A stretch of DNA of 64,000 nucleotides from Eledone cirrhosa (taxonomy: Eukaryota): positions 11,284,001-11,348,000 of the forward strand of contig OZ024757.1 of NCBI GenBank assembly GCA_964016885.1. Reading direction: 5' to 3'. Below the pieces are notes generated by a model. It did no database searches. It saw only the letters and a program-made list of their open reading frames with translations, and was not told where the DNA came from. Positions within the stretch are counted from its first letter, which is position 1. The number at the start of each line of letters is the position of its first letter. This document shows, one piece after another, positions 46,866 through 60,200 of the stretch. A program made the position numbers and the translations under genes.

Positions 46866-48070
46866 CAGCTACCTAGAGTACAGACCTCAGAGAGACACAG
46901 AGCCACCTAGGGTACAGACCTCAGACAGACACAGAGCCACCTAGGGTAAAGACCTCAGAGAGAGACCCAGTCACCTAGGGTACAGACCTCAGACAGACAC
47001 AGAACCACCTAGGGTACAGACCTCAGAGAGACACCCAGTCACCTAGGGTACAGACCTCAGAGAGACATAGAGCCACCTAGGGTACAGACCCCAGAGAGAC
47101 ACAGAGCCACCTAGGGTACAGACCTCAGAGAGACACCCAGTCACCTAGGGTACAGACCTCAGACAGACACAGAACCACCTAGGGTACAGACCTCAGAGAG
47201 ACACAGAGTCACCTAGGGTACAGACCTCAGAGAGACACAGAGTCACCTAGGGTACAGACCTCAGAGAGACATAGAGCCACCTAGGGTACAGACCTCAGAG
47301 AGACACCCAGTCACCTAGGGTACAGACCTCAGAGAGACATAGAGCCACCTAGGGTACAGACCTCAGAGAGTCACAGAGCCACCTCGGGTACAGATCTTAG
47401 AGAGACACAGAGATACCTAGAGTACAGACCTCAGGGAGACATAGGGCCACCTAGGGTACAGACCTCAGAGAGACACACTGCCACCTAGGGAACAGACCTC
47501 AGACAGACACAGAACCACCTAGGGTACAGACCTCAGAGAGACACAGAGTCACCTAGGGTACAGACCTCAGAGAGACACCCAGTCACCTAGGGTACAGACC
47601 TCAGAGAGACACAGAGTCACCTAGGGTACAGACCTCAGAGAGACACCCAGTCACCTAGGGTACAGACCTCAGAGAGACACCCAGTCACCTAAGGTATAGA
47701 TCTTAGAGAGACACAGAGTCACCTAGGGTACAGACCTCAGACAGACACAGTGCCACATAGGGTACAGACCTCAGGGAGACACAGAGTCACCTAGGGTACA
47801 GATCTTAGAGAGACACAGAGCCACCTAGGGTACAGACCTCAGACAGAGACAGAGCCACCTAGGGTACAGACCTCAGGGAGACACAGAGTCACCTAGGGTA
47901 CAGATCTTAGAGAGACACAGAGCCACCTAGGGTACATACCTCAGTGAGACATCCAGTCACCTAGGGTACAAACCTCAGAGAGACACAGATCCACCTAGGG
48001 TACAGACCTCGGGGAGACATAGGGCCACCTAGGGTACAGAGAGACAGACAACCAGCTAGAGTACAGACAT
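46866..48070. repeat. 34-bp minisatellite, ~35 copies
   Basis: CTAGGGTACAGACCTCAGAGAGACACAGAG(C/T)CAC. Confidence 0.96.
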
Positions 48071-48219
48071 CAGATTGGTACATTACTGAACTTTAAAGTA
48101 TCGCAGTTTTATACAGGGCTGGTGCTACCATGAAGGCCAACTAGGGTACATTACAGAACCTTAAGGACATACTTAGTTCCCCTGCAACAATATAATATAC
48201 ACATTACCTAGTCTGGTAT

Positions 48220-51200
48220 TATGAAGGCCCTGAACAAGAAAGTTAAAGGTACACTTAATACACAGTGGTGTTAGGAAGGCCCTGAACAAGGATGTTAAAA
48301 TCTACACTCTGTACACAGTAATGTTAGAAGGACCTCAACAAGGATATAAAATGGTACACTTAGTACACAATAATGTTAGGAAGGCCCTGAACAAGGATAT
48401 CCAAATATACACTTAGTACACAGTAATGTTAGGAAGGCCCTGAACAAGGATATAAAATGCTACACTCAGTACACAGTAATGTTAGGAAGGCCCTGAAAAA
48501 GGATATAAAATGCTACACTTAGTACAAAGTAATGGTAGGAAGGGCCTGAACAAGGATATCAAAATCTACACTTAGTACACAGGAATGTTAGGAATGCCCT
48601 GAACAAGGATATCCAAGTCTACACTTAGTACACAGTAATGTTAGGAAGGCCCTGAACAAGGATATACAAATCTACACTCAGTACACAGTAATGTTAGGAA
48701 GGCCCTGAACAAGGATATAATATGCTACACTTAGTACACAGTAATGTTAGGTAGGCCCTGAACAAGAATATAAAATGCTACATATAATACACAATAATGT
48801 TAGGAAGGCCCTGAACAAGGATATAATATGCTACACTTAGTACACAGTAATGTTAGGTAGGCCCTGAACAAGAATATAAAATGCTACATATAATACACAG
48901 TAAATTTAGGAAGGCCCTGAACAAGGATATCCAAATCTACACTTAGTACACAGTAATGTTAGGTAGACCCTGAACAAGGATATAAAATGCTACACTTAGT
49001 ACACAGTAATGATAGGAAGGCCCTGAACAAGTATATCAAAATGTATGCTTACAACACAGTGGTGTTAGGAAGGCCCAGAACAAGGATATAAAATGCTACA
49101 CTTAAAACATAGTAATGATAGGAAAGCCCTGAACAAGGATATCCAAATCAACACTCAGTTCACAGTAATGTCAGGAAGGCCTTGAACAAGGATATGATAT
49201 GCAACACTTAGTACACAGCAATGTTAGGAAGGCCCTGAACAAGGATATAACATGCTACACATAGTACAACATGGTGTTAGGAAGGCCCTCAACAAGGATA
49301 TAAAATGCTACACTTACAACGCAGTGGTGTTAGGAAGCCACTGAACAAGGATATCCAAATCAAAACTCAGTAGACAGTAATGATAAGAATGCCCTGAACA
49401 AGGATATAAAATGCTACACTCAGTACACAGTAATGTTAGGAAGGCCCCGAAAGAAAATAGAAAATGCTACACATAGTACACAGTAATGTTAGGAAGGCCT
49501 GAACAAGGATGTTAAAATCTACACTCAGTACACAGTAATGTTAGGAAGGCCCTGAACAAGGATAAAAAATGCTACACTTAGTATACAGTAATGTTAGGAA
49601 GGCCCTGAACAATGATATCCAAATCTACACTTAGTACACAGTGGTGTTACGAAGGGCCTGAACAAGGATATCCAAATGTACACTTAGTAAACAGTAATGT
49701 TAGGAAGGCCCTGAACAGGGATATAACATTTTACACTCAGTACACAGTAATGATAGGAAGGTCCTGAACAAGGATATCCAAATCTACACTTACAACACAG
49801 TAATGGTAGGAAGGCCCTGCACAAGGATATCCAAATATACACTTAGTACACAGTAATGTTAGGAATGCCCTGAACAAGGATATAAAATGCTACACTCAGT
49901 ACACAGTAATGTTAGGAAGGCCCTGACCAAGGATATAAAATGCTACACTTAGTACAAAGTAATGGTAGGAAGGGCCTGAACAAGGATATCAAAATCTACA
50001 CTTAGTACACAGGAATGTTAGGAATGCCCTGAACAAGGATATCCAAATCTACACTTAGTACACAGTAATGTTAGGAAGGCCCTGAACAAGGATATCCAAA
50101 TCTACACTCAGTACACAGTGATGTTAGGAAGGCCCTGAACAAGGATATTCAAATCTACACTTAGTACACAGTAATGTCACGAAGGCCCTGAACAAGGATA
50201 TAATATGCTACACTTAGTACACAGTAATGTTAGGTAGGCCCTGAACAAGGATATAATATGCTACACTTAGTACACAGTAATGTTAGGTAGGCCCTGAACA
50301 AGAATATAAAATGCTACATATAATACACAATAATGTTAGGAAGGCCCTGAACAAGGATATAATATGCTACACTTAGTACACAGTAATGTTAGGTAGGCCC
50401 TGAACAAGAATATAAAATGCTACATATAATACACAGTAATGTTAGGAAGGTCCTGAACAAGGATATCCAAATCTACACTTAGTACACAGTAATGTTAGGA
50501 AGACCCTGAACAAGGATATAAAATGCTACACTTAGTACACAGTAATGATAGGAAGGCCCTGAACAAGTATATCAAAATGTATGCTTACAACACAGTGGTG
50601 TTAGGAAGGCCCAGAACAAGGATATAAAATGCTACACTTAAAACATAGTAATGTTAGGAAAGCCCTGAACAAGGATATCCCAATCAACACTCAGTTCACA
50701 GTAATGTCAGGAAGGCCTTGAACAAGGATATGATATGCAACACTTAGTACACAGCATTGTTAGGAAGGCCCTGAACAAGGATATAAAATGCTACACATAG
50801 TACAACATGGTGTTAGGAAGGCCCTCAACAAGGATATAAAATGCTACACTTACAACACAGTGGTGTTAGGAAGCCACTGAACAAGGATATCCAAATCAAA
50901 ACTCAGTAGACAGTAATGATAGGAATGCCCTGAACAAGGATATAAAATGCTACACATAGTACACAGTAATGTTAGGAAGGCCCTGAACAAGGATAAAAAA
51001 TGCTACACTTAGTATACAGTAATGTTAGGAAGGCCATGAACAATGATATCCAAATCTACACTCAGTACACAGTGGTGTTACGAAGGGCCTGAACAAGTAT
51101 ATCCAAATGTACACTTAGTAAACAGTAATGTTAGGAAGGCCCTGAACAGGGATATAACATTTTACACTCAGTACACAGTAATGATAGGAAGGTCCTGAAC

Positions 51201-54200
51201 AAGGATATCCAAATCTACACTTAGTACACAGCAATGTTAGGAAGGCCCTGAACAAGGATATAAAATGTTACACTTAGTACACAGTAATGTTAGGAAGGCC
51301 CTGAACAGGGATATAACATTTTACACTCAGTACACAGTAATGATAGGAAGGTCCTGAACAAGGATATCCAAATCTACACTTAGTACACAGCAATGTTAGG
51401 AAGGCCCTGAACAAGGATATAAAATGTTACACTTAGTACACAGTAATGTTAGGAAGGCCCTGAACAAGGATATCAAAATCTACACATACAACACAGTGGT
51501 GTTAGGAAGGCCCAGAATAAGGGTGTTAAAATGTACACTCAGTACACAGTAATTTCAGGAAGACCCTGAACAAGGATATCCAAATCTACACTCAGTACAC
51601 AGTAATGTTAGGAAGGCCCTGAACAAGGATATCCAAGTCTAAACCCAGTACACAGTAATGATAGGAAGGCCCTGAACAAGTATATCCAAATCTACACTTA
51701 GTACACAGTTATGTTAGGAAGGCCCTGAACAAGGATATAAAATGCTACACTCTGTTCACAGTAATGTCAGGAAGGCCTTGAACAAGGATATAACATGCAA
51801 CACTTAGTACATAGCAATGTTACGAAGACCCTGAACAAGGATATTCAAATCTACACTTAGTACACAGTAATGTCAGGAAGGCCCTGAACAAGGATATAAT
51901 ATGCTACACTTAGTACACAGTAATGTTAGGTAGGCCCTGAACAAGAATATAAAATGCTACACATAATACACAGTAATGATAGGAAGGCCCTGAACAAGAA
52001 TATAAAAATGTACACTTACAACACAGTGGTGTTAGGAAAGCCCAAAACAAGGATGTTAAAATCTACATTCAGTACACAGTAATGTTAGGAAAGCCCTGAA
52101 CAAGGATATCCCAATCTACACTCAGTTCACAGTAATGTCAGGAAGGCCTTGAACAAGGATATAATATGCAACACTTAGTACACAGCAATGTTAGGAAGGC
52201 CCTGAACAAGCATATAAAATGCTACATATAGCACAACATGGTGTTAGGAAGGCCCTCAACAAGGATATAAAATGCTACACTTACACCGCAGTGGTGTTAG
52301 GAAGCTTCTGAACAAGGATATCCAAACCTAAACTCAGTAGACAGTAATGATAGAAATGCCCTGAACAAGGATATAAAATGCTACACTCAGTACACAGTAA
52401 TGTTAGGAAAGCCCTGAAAGAAAGTAGAAAATGCTACACTCAGTACACACTAATGTTAGGAAGGCCCTGAACAAGGATATCCAAATCTAAACTCAGTACA
52501 CAGTAATGATAGGAAGGCCCTGACCAAGTATATCCAAATCTACACTTAGTACACAGTTATGTTAGGAAGGCCCTGATCAAGGATATAACATTTTACACAT
52601 AGTACACAGTAATAATAGGAAGGCCCTGAACGAAGGATATCAAAATCTACACTTGCAACACAGTGGTGTTAGGAAGGCCCAGAACAAGGATGTTAAAATG
52701 TACACTCAGTACACAGTAATGTCAGGAAGGCCCTGAATAAGGATATCCAAATCTACACTCAGTACACAGTAATGTTAGGAGGGCCCTGAACAAGGATATC
52801 CAAATCTAAACTCAGTACACAGTAATGATAGGAAGGACCTGAACAAGGATATCCAAAGCTACACTTAGTAAACAGTAATGTTGGGAAGGCCCTGAACAAG
52901 GATATAACATTTTACACTTAGTACACAGTAATGGTAGGAAGGCCCTGAACAAGGATATCAAAATCTATACTTACAACACAGTGGTGTTAGGAAGGCCAAG
53001 AACAAGGATGTTAAAATGTACACTTATTACACAGTAATGTCAGGAAGGCCCTGAACAAGGATATAATATGCTACACTTAGTACACGGCAATGTTAGGAAG
53101 GCTCTGAAAAAGGATATAAAATGCTACACATAGTACAATGTGGTGTTAGGAAGGCCCTCAACAAGGATATAAAATGCTACACTTACAACGCAGTGGTATT
53201 AGGAAGCCCCCAAGCAAGGATATCCAAATCTAAACACAGTACACAGTAATGATAGGAATGCCCTGAACAAGGATGTTAAAATCTACACTCAGTACACAGT
53301 AATGTTAGGAAGGCCCTGAACAATGATATCCAAATCTACACTTAGTACACAGTGGTGTTAGGAAGGCCCTGAACAAGGATATCCAAATCTACACTTACAA
53401 CTGAGTGGTGTTAGGAACGCCCAGAACAAGGATGTTAAAATGTACACTCAGTACACAGTAATGTCAGGAAAGCCCTGAACAAGGATATCCAAATCTACAC
53501 TCAGTACATAGTAATGTTAGGAAGACCCTGAACAAGGATATCCAAATCTAAACTCAGAACACAGTAGTGATAGGAAAGGCCTGAACAAGTATATCAAAAT
53601 CTACACTTAGTACACAGTTATGTTAAGAAGGCCCTGAACAAGGATATAACATTTTACACTTAGTACACAGTAATGGTAGGAAGGCCCTGAACAAGGATAT
53701 CAAAATCTACACTTGCAACACAGTAATGGTAGGAAGGCCCTGAACAAGGATATCAATATCTACAAATACAACACAGTGGTGTTAGGAAGGCCCAGATCAA
53801 GGATGTTAACATCTACATTGTGTACACAGTAACGTTAAGAAGGCTCAGAATAAGTATATAAAATGCTACACTTAAAACACAGTAATGTTAGGAAAGCACT
53901 GAACAAGGATATCCAAATCTACACTCAGTTCACAGTAATGTCAGGAATGCCCTGAACAAGGATATTATATGCAACACTTAGTACACAGCAATTTTAGGAA
54001 GGCCCTGAACAAGGATATAAAATGCTACACATAGTACAATGTGGTGTTAGGAAGGCCCTGAACACGGATATAAAATGCTACTCTTACAACGTAGGTGTGT
54101 TACGAAGGCCCTGATCAAGGATATCCAAATCTACAATTACAACACAGTCATGTTAGGAAGGCCCAGAACAAGGATGTTAAAATGTACACTCAGTACACAG

Positions 54201-57200
54201 TGATGTCAGGAAGGCCCTGAAGAGGGATATCGAAATCTACACTCAGTACACAGTATTGTTAGGAAGGCCCTGAACAAGGATATCCAAATCTACACTCTGT
54301 AGACAGTAATGATAGTAAGGCCCTGAAGAAGGATATAACATGTTACACTTAGTACACAGTAATGGTAGGAAGGCCCTGAACAAGGATATCAAAATCTACA
54401 CTTACAACACAGTGTTGTTAGGAAGGCCCAGAACAAGGATGTTAAAATGTACACTCAGTACACAGTGATATCAGGAAGGCCCTGAAGAAGGATATCCAAA
54501 TCTACACTCAGTACACAGTATTATTAGGAAGGCCGTGAACAAGGATATCCAAATCTACACTCAGTAGACAGTAATGATAGAAATGCCCTGAACAAGGATA
54601 TAAAATGCTACACTTAGTACACAGTAATGTTAGGAAGGCCCTGAACAAGGATATAACATTTTACACTCAGTAGACAGTAATCATAGGAAGGTCCTGAACA
54701 AGGATATCCAAATCTACACTTACAACACAGTGGTGTTAGGGAGACGCAGAACAAGGATGTTAAAATGTGCACTGAGTAGACAGTAATGTCAGGAAGGCCC
54801 TGAATAAGGATATCCAAAGGTACACTCAGTACAGAGTAATTTTAGATAGGCCCTGAACAAGGATATCCAAATCTACACTTAGTACACAGTTATGTTAGGA
54901 AGGCCCTGAACAAGGATATCAAAATCTACACACAGTACACAGTAATGTTAGGAAGGCCCTGAACAAGGATATCCAAATCTAAACTCAGTAGACAGTAGTG
55001 ATAGGAAAGGCCTGAACAAGGATATCCAAATCTACACTTAGTAAACAGTAATGTTAGGAAGGCACTGAACAAGGATATAACATTTTACACTCAGTACACA
55101 GTAATGATAGGAAGGTCCTAAACGAGGATATCCAAATATACACTTACAACACAGTGGTGTTAGGAAGACGCAGAACAAGGATGGTAAAATGTGCACTGAG
55201 TAGACAGTAATGTCAGGAAGGCTCTGAACGAGGATATCCAAAGCTACACTCAGTACACAGTAATGTTAGGTAGGCCCTAAACAAGGATATCCAAATCTAA
55301 ACTCAGTACACAGTAAGGATAGGAAGGCCCTGAACTAGGATATCCAAATCTACACTTAGTACACAGTTATGTTAGGAAGGCCCTGAACAAGGATATAAAA
55401 GGCTACACTCTGTACACAGTGGTGTTAGTAAGGCCCTGAACACGGATTTGCAAATCTACACTTAGTAAAGAGTAATGTTAGGAAGGCACTAAACAAGGAT
55501 ATAACATTTTACACTTAGTACACAGTAAGGATAGGAAGGTCCTGAACAAGGATATCCAAATCTACACTTACAACACAGAGTTGTTAGGAAGACGCAGAAC
55601 AAGGATGTTAAAATGTGCATTGAGTAGACAGTAATGTCAGGAAGGCCCTGAATAAGGATATCCAAATCTACACTTAGTGCAGAGTAATGATAGGAAGGCC
55701 CTGAACAAGGATATCAAAATCTACACTTGCAACACAGTAATGGTAGGAAGGCCCTGAACAAGGATATCAATATCTACAAATACAACACAGTGGTGTTAGG
55801 TAGGCCCAGATCAAGGATGTTAAAATCTATATTCTGTACACAGTAACGTTAAGAAGGCTCAGAATAAGTATATAAAATGCTACACTTAAAACACAGTAAT
55901 GTTAGGAAAGCACTGAACAAGGATATCCCAATCTACACTCAGTTCACAGTAATGTCAGGAAGGCCCTGAACAAGGATATAATATGCAACACTTAGTACAC
56001 AGCAATTTTAGGAAGGCCCTAAACAAGGATATAAAATGCTACACATAGTACAACGTGGTGTTAGGAAGGCCCTGAACACGGATATAAAATGCTACTCTTA
56101 CAACGTAGTGGTGTTACGAAGGCCCTGATCAAGGATATCCAAATCTACAATTACAACACAGTCATGTTAGGAAGGCCTAGAACAAGGATATCCAAATCTA
56201 CACTTAGTACACAGTTATGTTAGGAAGGCCCTCAACAAGGATATCAAAATCTACACTTACAACAGAGTGGTGTTAAGAAGGGCCAGAACAAGGATGTTAT
56301 AATGTACACTCAGTACACAGTAATGTCTGGAAAGCCCTGAATAAGGATATCCAAATCTACAGTCAGTACACAGTATTGTTAGGAAGGCCCTGAACAAGGA
56401 TATCCAAATCTACACTCAGTAGACAGTAATGATAGGAAGGCCCTGAACAAGGATATAACATGTTACACTTAGTACACAGTAATTGTAGGAAGGCCCTGAA
56501 TAAGGATATCAAAATCTACACTTACAACACAGTGTTGTTAGGAAGGCCCAGAACAAGGATGTTAAAATATACACTCAGTACACAGTGATGTCAGGAAGGC
56601 CCTGAAGAAGGATATCCAAATCTACACTCAGTACACAGTATTGTTAGGAAGGTCCTGAACAAGGATATCCAAATCTACACTCAGTAGACAGTAATGATAG
56701 AAATGCCTTGAACAAGGATATAAAATGCTACACGTAGTACACAGTAATGTTAGGAAGGCCCTGAACAAGGATATAACATTTTACACTCAGTACACAGTAA
56801 TGATAGGAAGGTCCTGAACAAGGATATCCAAATCTACACTTACAACACAGTGGTGTTAGGAAGGCGCAGAACAAGGATGTTAAAATATGCACTGAGTAGA
56901 CAGTAATGTCAGGAAGGCCCTGAATAAGGATATCCAAAGCTACACTCAGTACAGTGTAATTTTAGATAGGCCCTGAACAAGGATATCCAAATCTAAACTC
57001 AGTACACAGTAATGATAGGAAGGCCCTGAACAAGGATATCCAAATCTACACTTAGTACACAGTTATGTTAGGAAGGCCCTGAACAAGGATATCAAAATCT
57101 ACACTTACAACAGAGTGGTGTTAAGAAGGGCCAGAACAAGGATGTTAAAATGTACAATCAGTACACAGTAATGTCTGGAAAGCCCTGAATAAGGATATCC

Positions 57201-60200
57201 AGATCTACACTCAGTACACAGTAATGTTAGGAAGGCCCTGAACAAGGATATCCAAATCTAAACTCAGTACACAGTAGTGATAGGAAAGGCCTGAACTAGG
57301 ATATCCAAATCTACACTTAGTACACAGTGGTGTTAGGAAGGCCCTGAACAAGGATATCCAAATCTACACTTAGTAAACAGTAATGTTAGGAAGGCAATAA
57401 ACAAGGATATAACATTTTACACTTAGTACACAGTATTGCTAGGAAGGCCCTGAACAAGGATATCAAAATCTACACTTACAACAGAGTGGTGTTAGGAAGG
57501 CCCAGATCAAGGATGTTAAAATCTACATTCTGTACACAGTAACGTGAAGAAGGCTCAGAATAAGTATATAAAATGCTACACTTAAAACACAGTAATGTTA
57601 GGAAAGCACTGAACAAGGATATCCCAATCTACACTCAGTTCACAGTAATGTCAGGAAGGCACTGAACAAGGATATTATATGCAACACTTAGTACACAGCA
57701 AATTTAGGAAGGCCCTGAACAAGGATATAAAATGCTACACATAGTACAACGTGGTGTTAGGAAGGCCCTGAACAAGGATATAAAATGCTACTCTTACAAT
57801 GTAGTGGTGTTACGAAGGCCCTGATCAAGGATATCCAAATCTACAATTACAACACAGTCATGTTAGGAAGGCCCAGAACAAGGATGTTAAAACGTACACT
57901 CAGTACACAGTGATGTCAGAAAGGCCCTGAAGAAGGATATCCAAATCTACACTCAGTACACAGTATTGTTAGGAAGGCCCTGAACAAGGATATCCAAATC
58001 TACACTCAGTAGACAGTAATGATAGGAAGGCCCTGAACAAGGATATAACATGTTACACTTATTACACAGTAATGGTAGGAAGGCCCTGAACAAGGATATC
58101 AAAATCTACACTTACAACACAGTGTTGTTAGGAAGGCCCAGAACAAGGATGTTAAAATGTACTCTCAGTACACAGTGATGTCAGGAAGGCCCTGAAGAAG
58201 GATATCCAAATCTACACTCAGTACACAGTATTGTTAGGAAGGCCCTGAACAAGGATATCCAAATCTACACTCAGTAGACAGTAATGATAGAAATGCCTTG
58301 AACAAGGATATAAAATGCTACACGTAGTACACAGTAATGTTAGGAAGGCCGTGAACAAGGATATAACATTTTACACTCAGTACACAGTAATGATAGGAAG
58401 GTCCTGAACAAGGATATCCAAATCTACACTTACAACACAGTGGTGTTAGGAAGGCGCAGAACAAGGATGTTAAAATATGCACTGAGTAGACAGTAATGTC
58501 AGGAAGGCCCTGAATAAGGATATCCAAAGCTACACTCAGTACAGTGTAATTTTAGATAGGCCCTGAACAAGGATATCCAAATCTAAACTCAGTACACAGT
58601 AATGATAGGAAGGCCCTGAACAAGGATATCCAAATCTACACATAGTACACAGTTATGTTAGGAAGGCCCTGAACAAGGATATCAAAATCTACACTTACAA
58701 CAGAGTGGTGTTAAGAAGGGCCAGAACAAGGATGTTAAAATGTACAATCAGTACACAGTAATGTCTGGAAAGCCCTGAATAAGGATATCCAGATCTACAC
58801 TCAGTTCACAGTAATGTTAGGAAGGCCCTGAACAAGGATATCCAAATCTAAACTCAGTACACAGTAGTGATAGGAAAGGCCTGAACTAGGATATCCAAAT
58901 CTACACTTAGTACACAGTGGTGTTAGGAAGGCCCTGAACAAGGATATCCAAATCTACACTTAGTAAACAGTAATGTTAGGAAGGCAATAAACAAGGATAT
59001 AACATTTTACACTTAGTACACAGTATTGCTAGGAAGGCCCTGAACAAGGATATCAAAATCTACACTTACAACAGAGTGGTGTTAGGAACGCCCAGAACAA
59101 GGATGTTAAAATGTACACTCAGTACACAGTAATGTCAGGAAAGCCCTGAACAAGGATATCAAAATCTAAACTCAGTACACAGTAGTGATAGGAAAGGCCT
59201 GAACAAGGATATCCTAATCTACACTTAGTACACAGTTATGTTAGGAAGGCCCTGAACAAGGATATAATATTTTACACTTAGTACACAGTAATGGTAGGAA
59301 GGCCCTGAACAAGGATATCAAAATCTACACTTGCAACACAGTAATGGTAGGAAGGCCCTGAACAAGGATATCAATATCTACAAATAGAACACAGTGGTGT
59401 TAGGAAGGCCCAGATCAAGGATGTTAAAATCTATATTCTGTACACAGTAACGTTAAGAAGGCTCAGAATAAGTATATAAAATGCTACACTTAAAACACAG
59501 TAATGTTAGGAAAGCACTGAACAAGGATATCCCAATCTACACTCAGTTCACAGTAATGTCAGGAAGGCACTGAACAAGGATATTATATGCAACACTTAGT
59601 ACACAGCAAATTTAGGAAGGCCCTGAACAAGGATATCAAAATCTACACACAGTACACAGTAATGTTAGGAAGGCCCTGAACAAGGATATCCAAATCTAAA
59701 CTCAGTAGACAGTAGTGATAGGAAAGGCCTGAACAAGGATATCCAAATCTATACTTAGTAAACAGTAATGTTAGGAAGGCACTGAACAAGGATATAACAT
59801 TTTACACTCAGTACACAGTAATGATAGGAAGGTCCTAAACGAGGATATCCAAATATACACTTACAACACAGTGGTGTTAGGAAGACGCAGAACAAGGATG
59901 GTAAAATGTGCACTGAGTAGACAGTAATGTCAGGAAGGCTCTGAACGAGGATATCCAAAGCTACACTCAGTACACAGTAATGTTAGGTAGGCCCTAAACA
60001 AGGATATCCAAATCTAAACTCAGTACACAGTAAGGATAGGAAGGCCCTGAACTAGGATATCCAAATCTACACTTAGTACACAGTTATGTTAGGAAGGCCC
60101 TGAACAAGGATATAAAAGGCTACACTCTGTACACAGTGGTGTTAGTAAGGCCCTGAACACGGATTTGCAAATCTACACTTAGTAAACAGTAATGTTAGGA

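Noticed and set aside
46866-48070. CRISPR-like 34-bp repeats
   Set aside because: Units are contiguous with no unique spacers, there are no cas genes and the context is eukaryotic.
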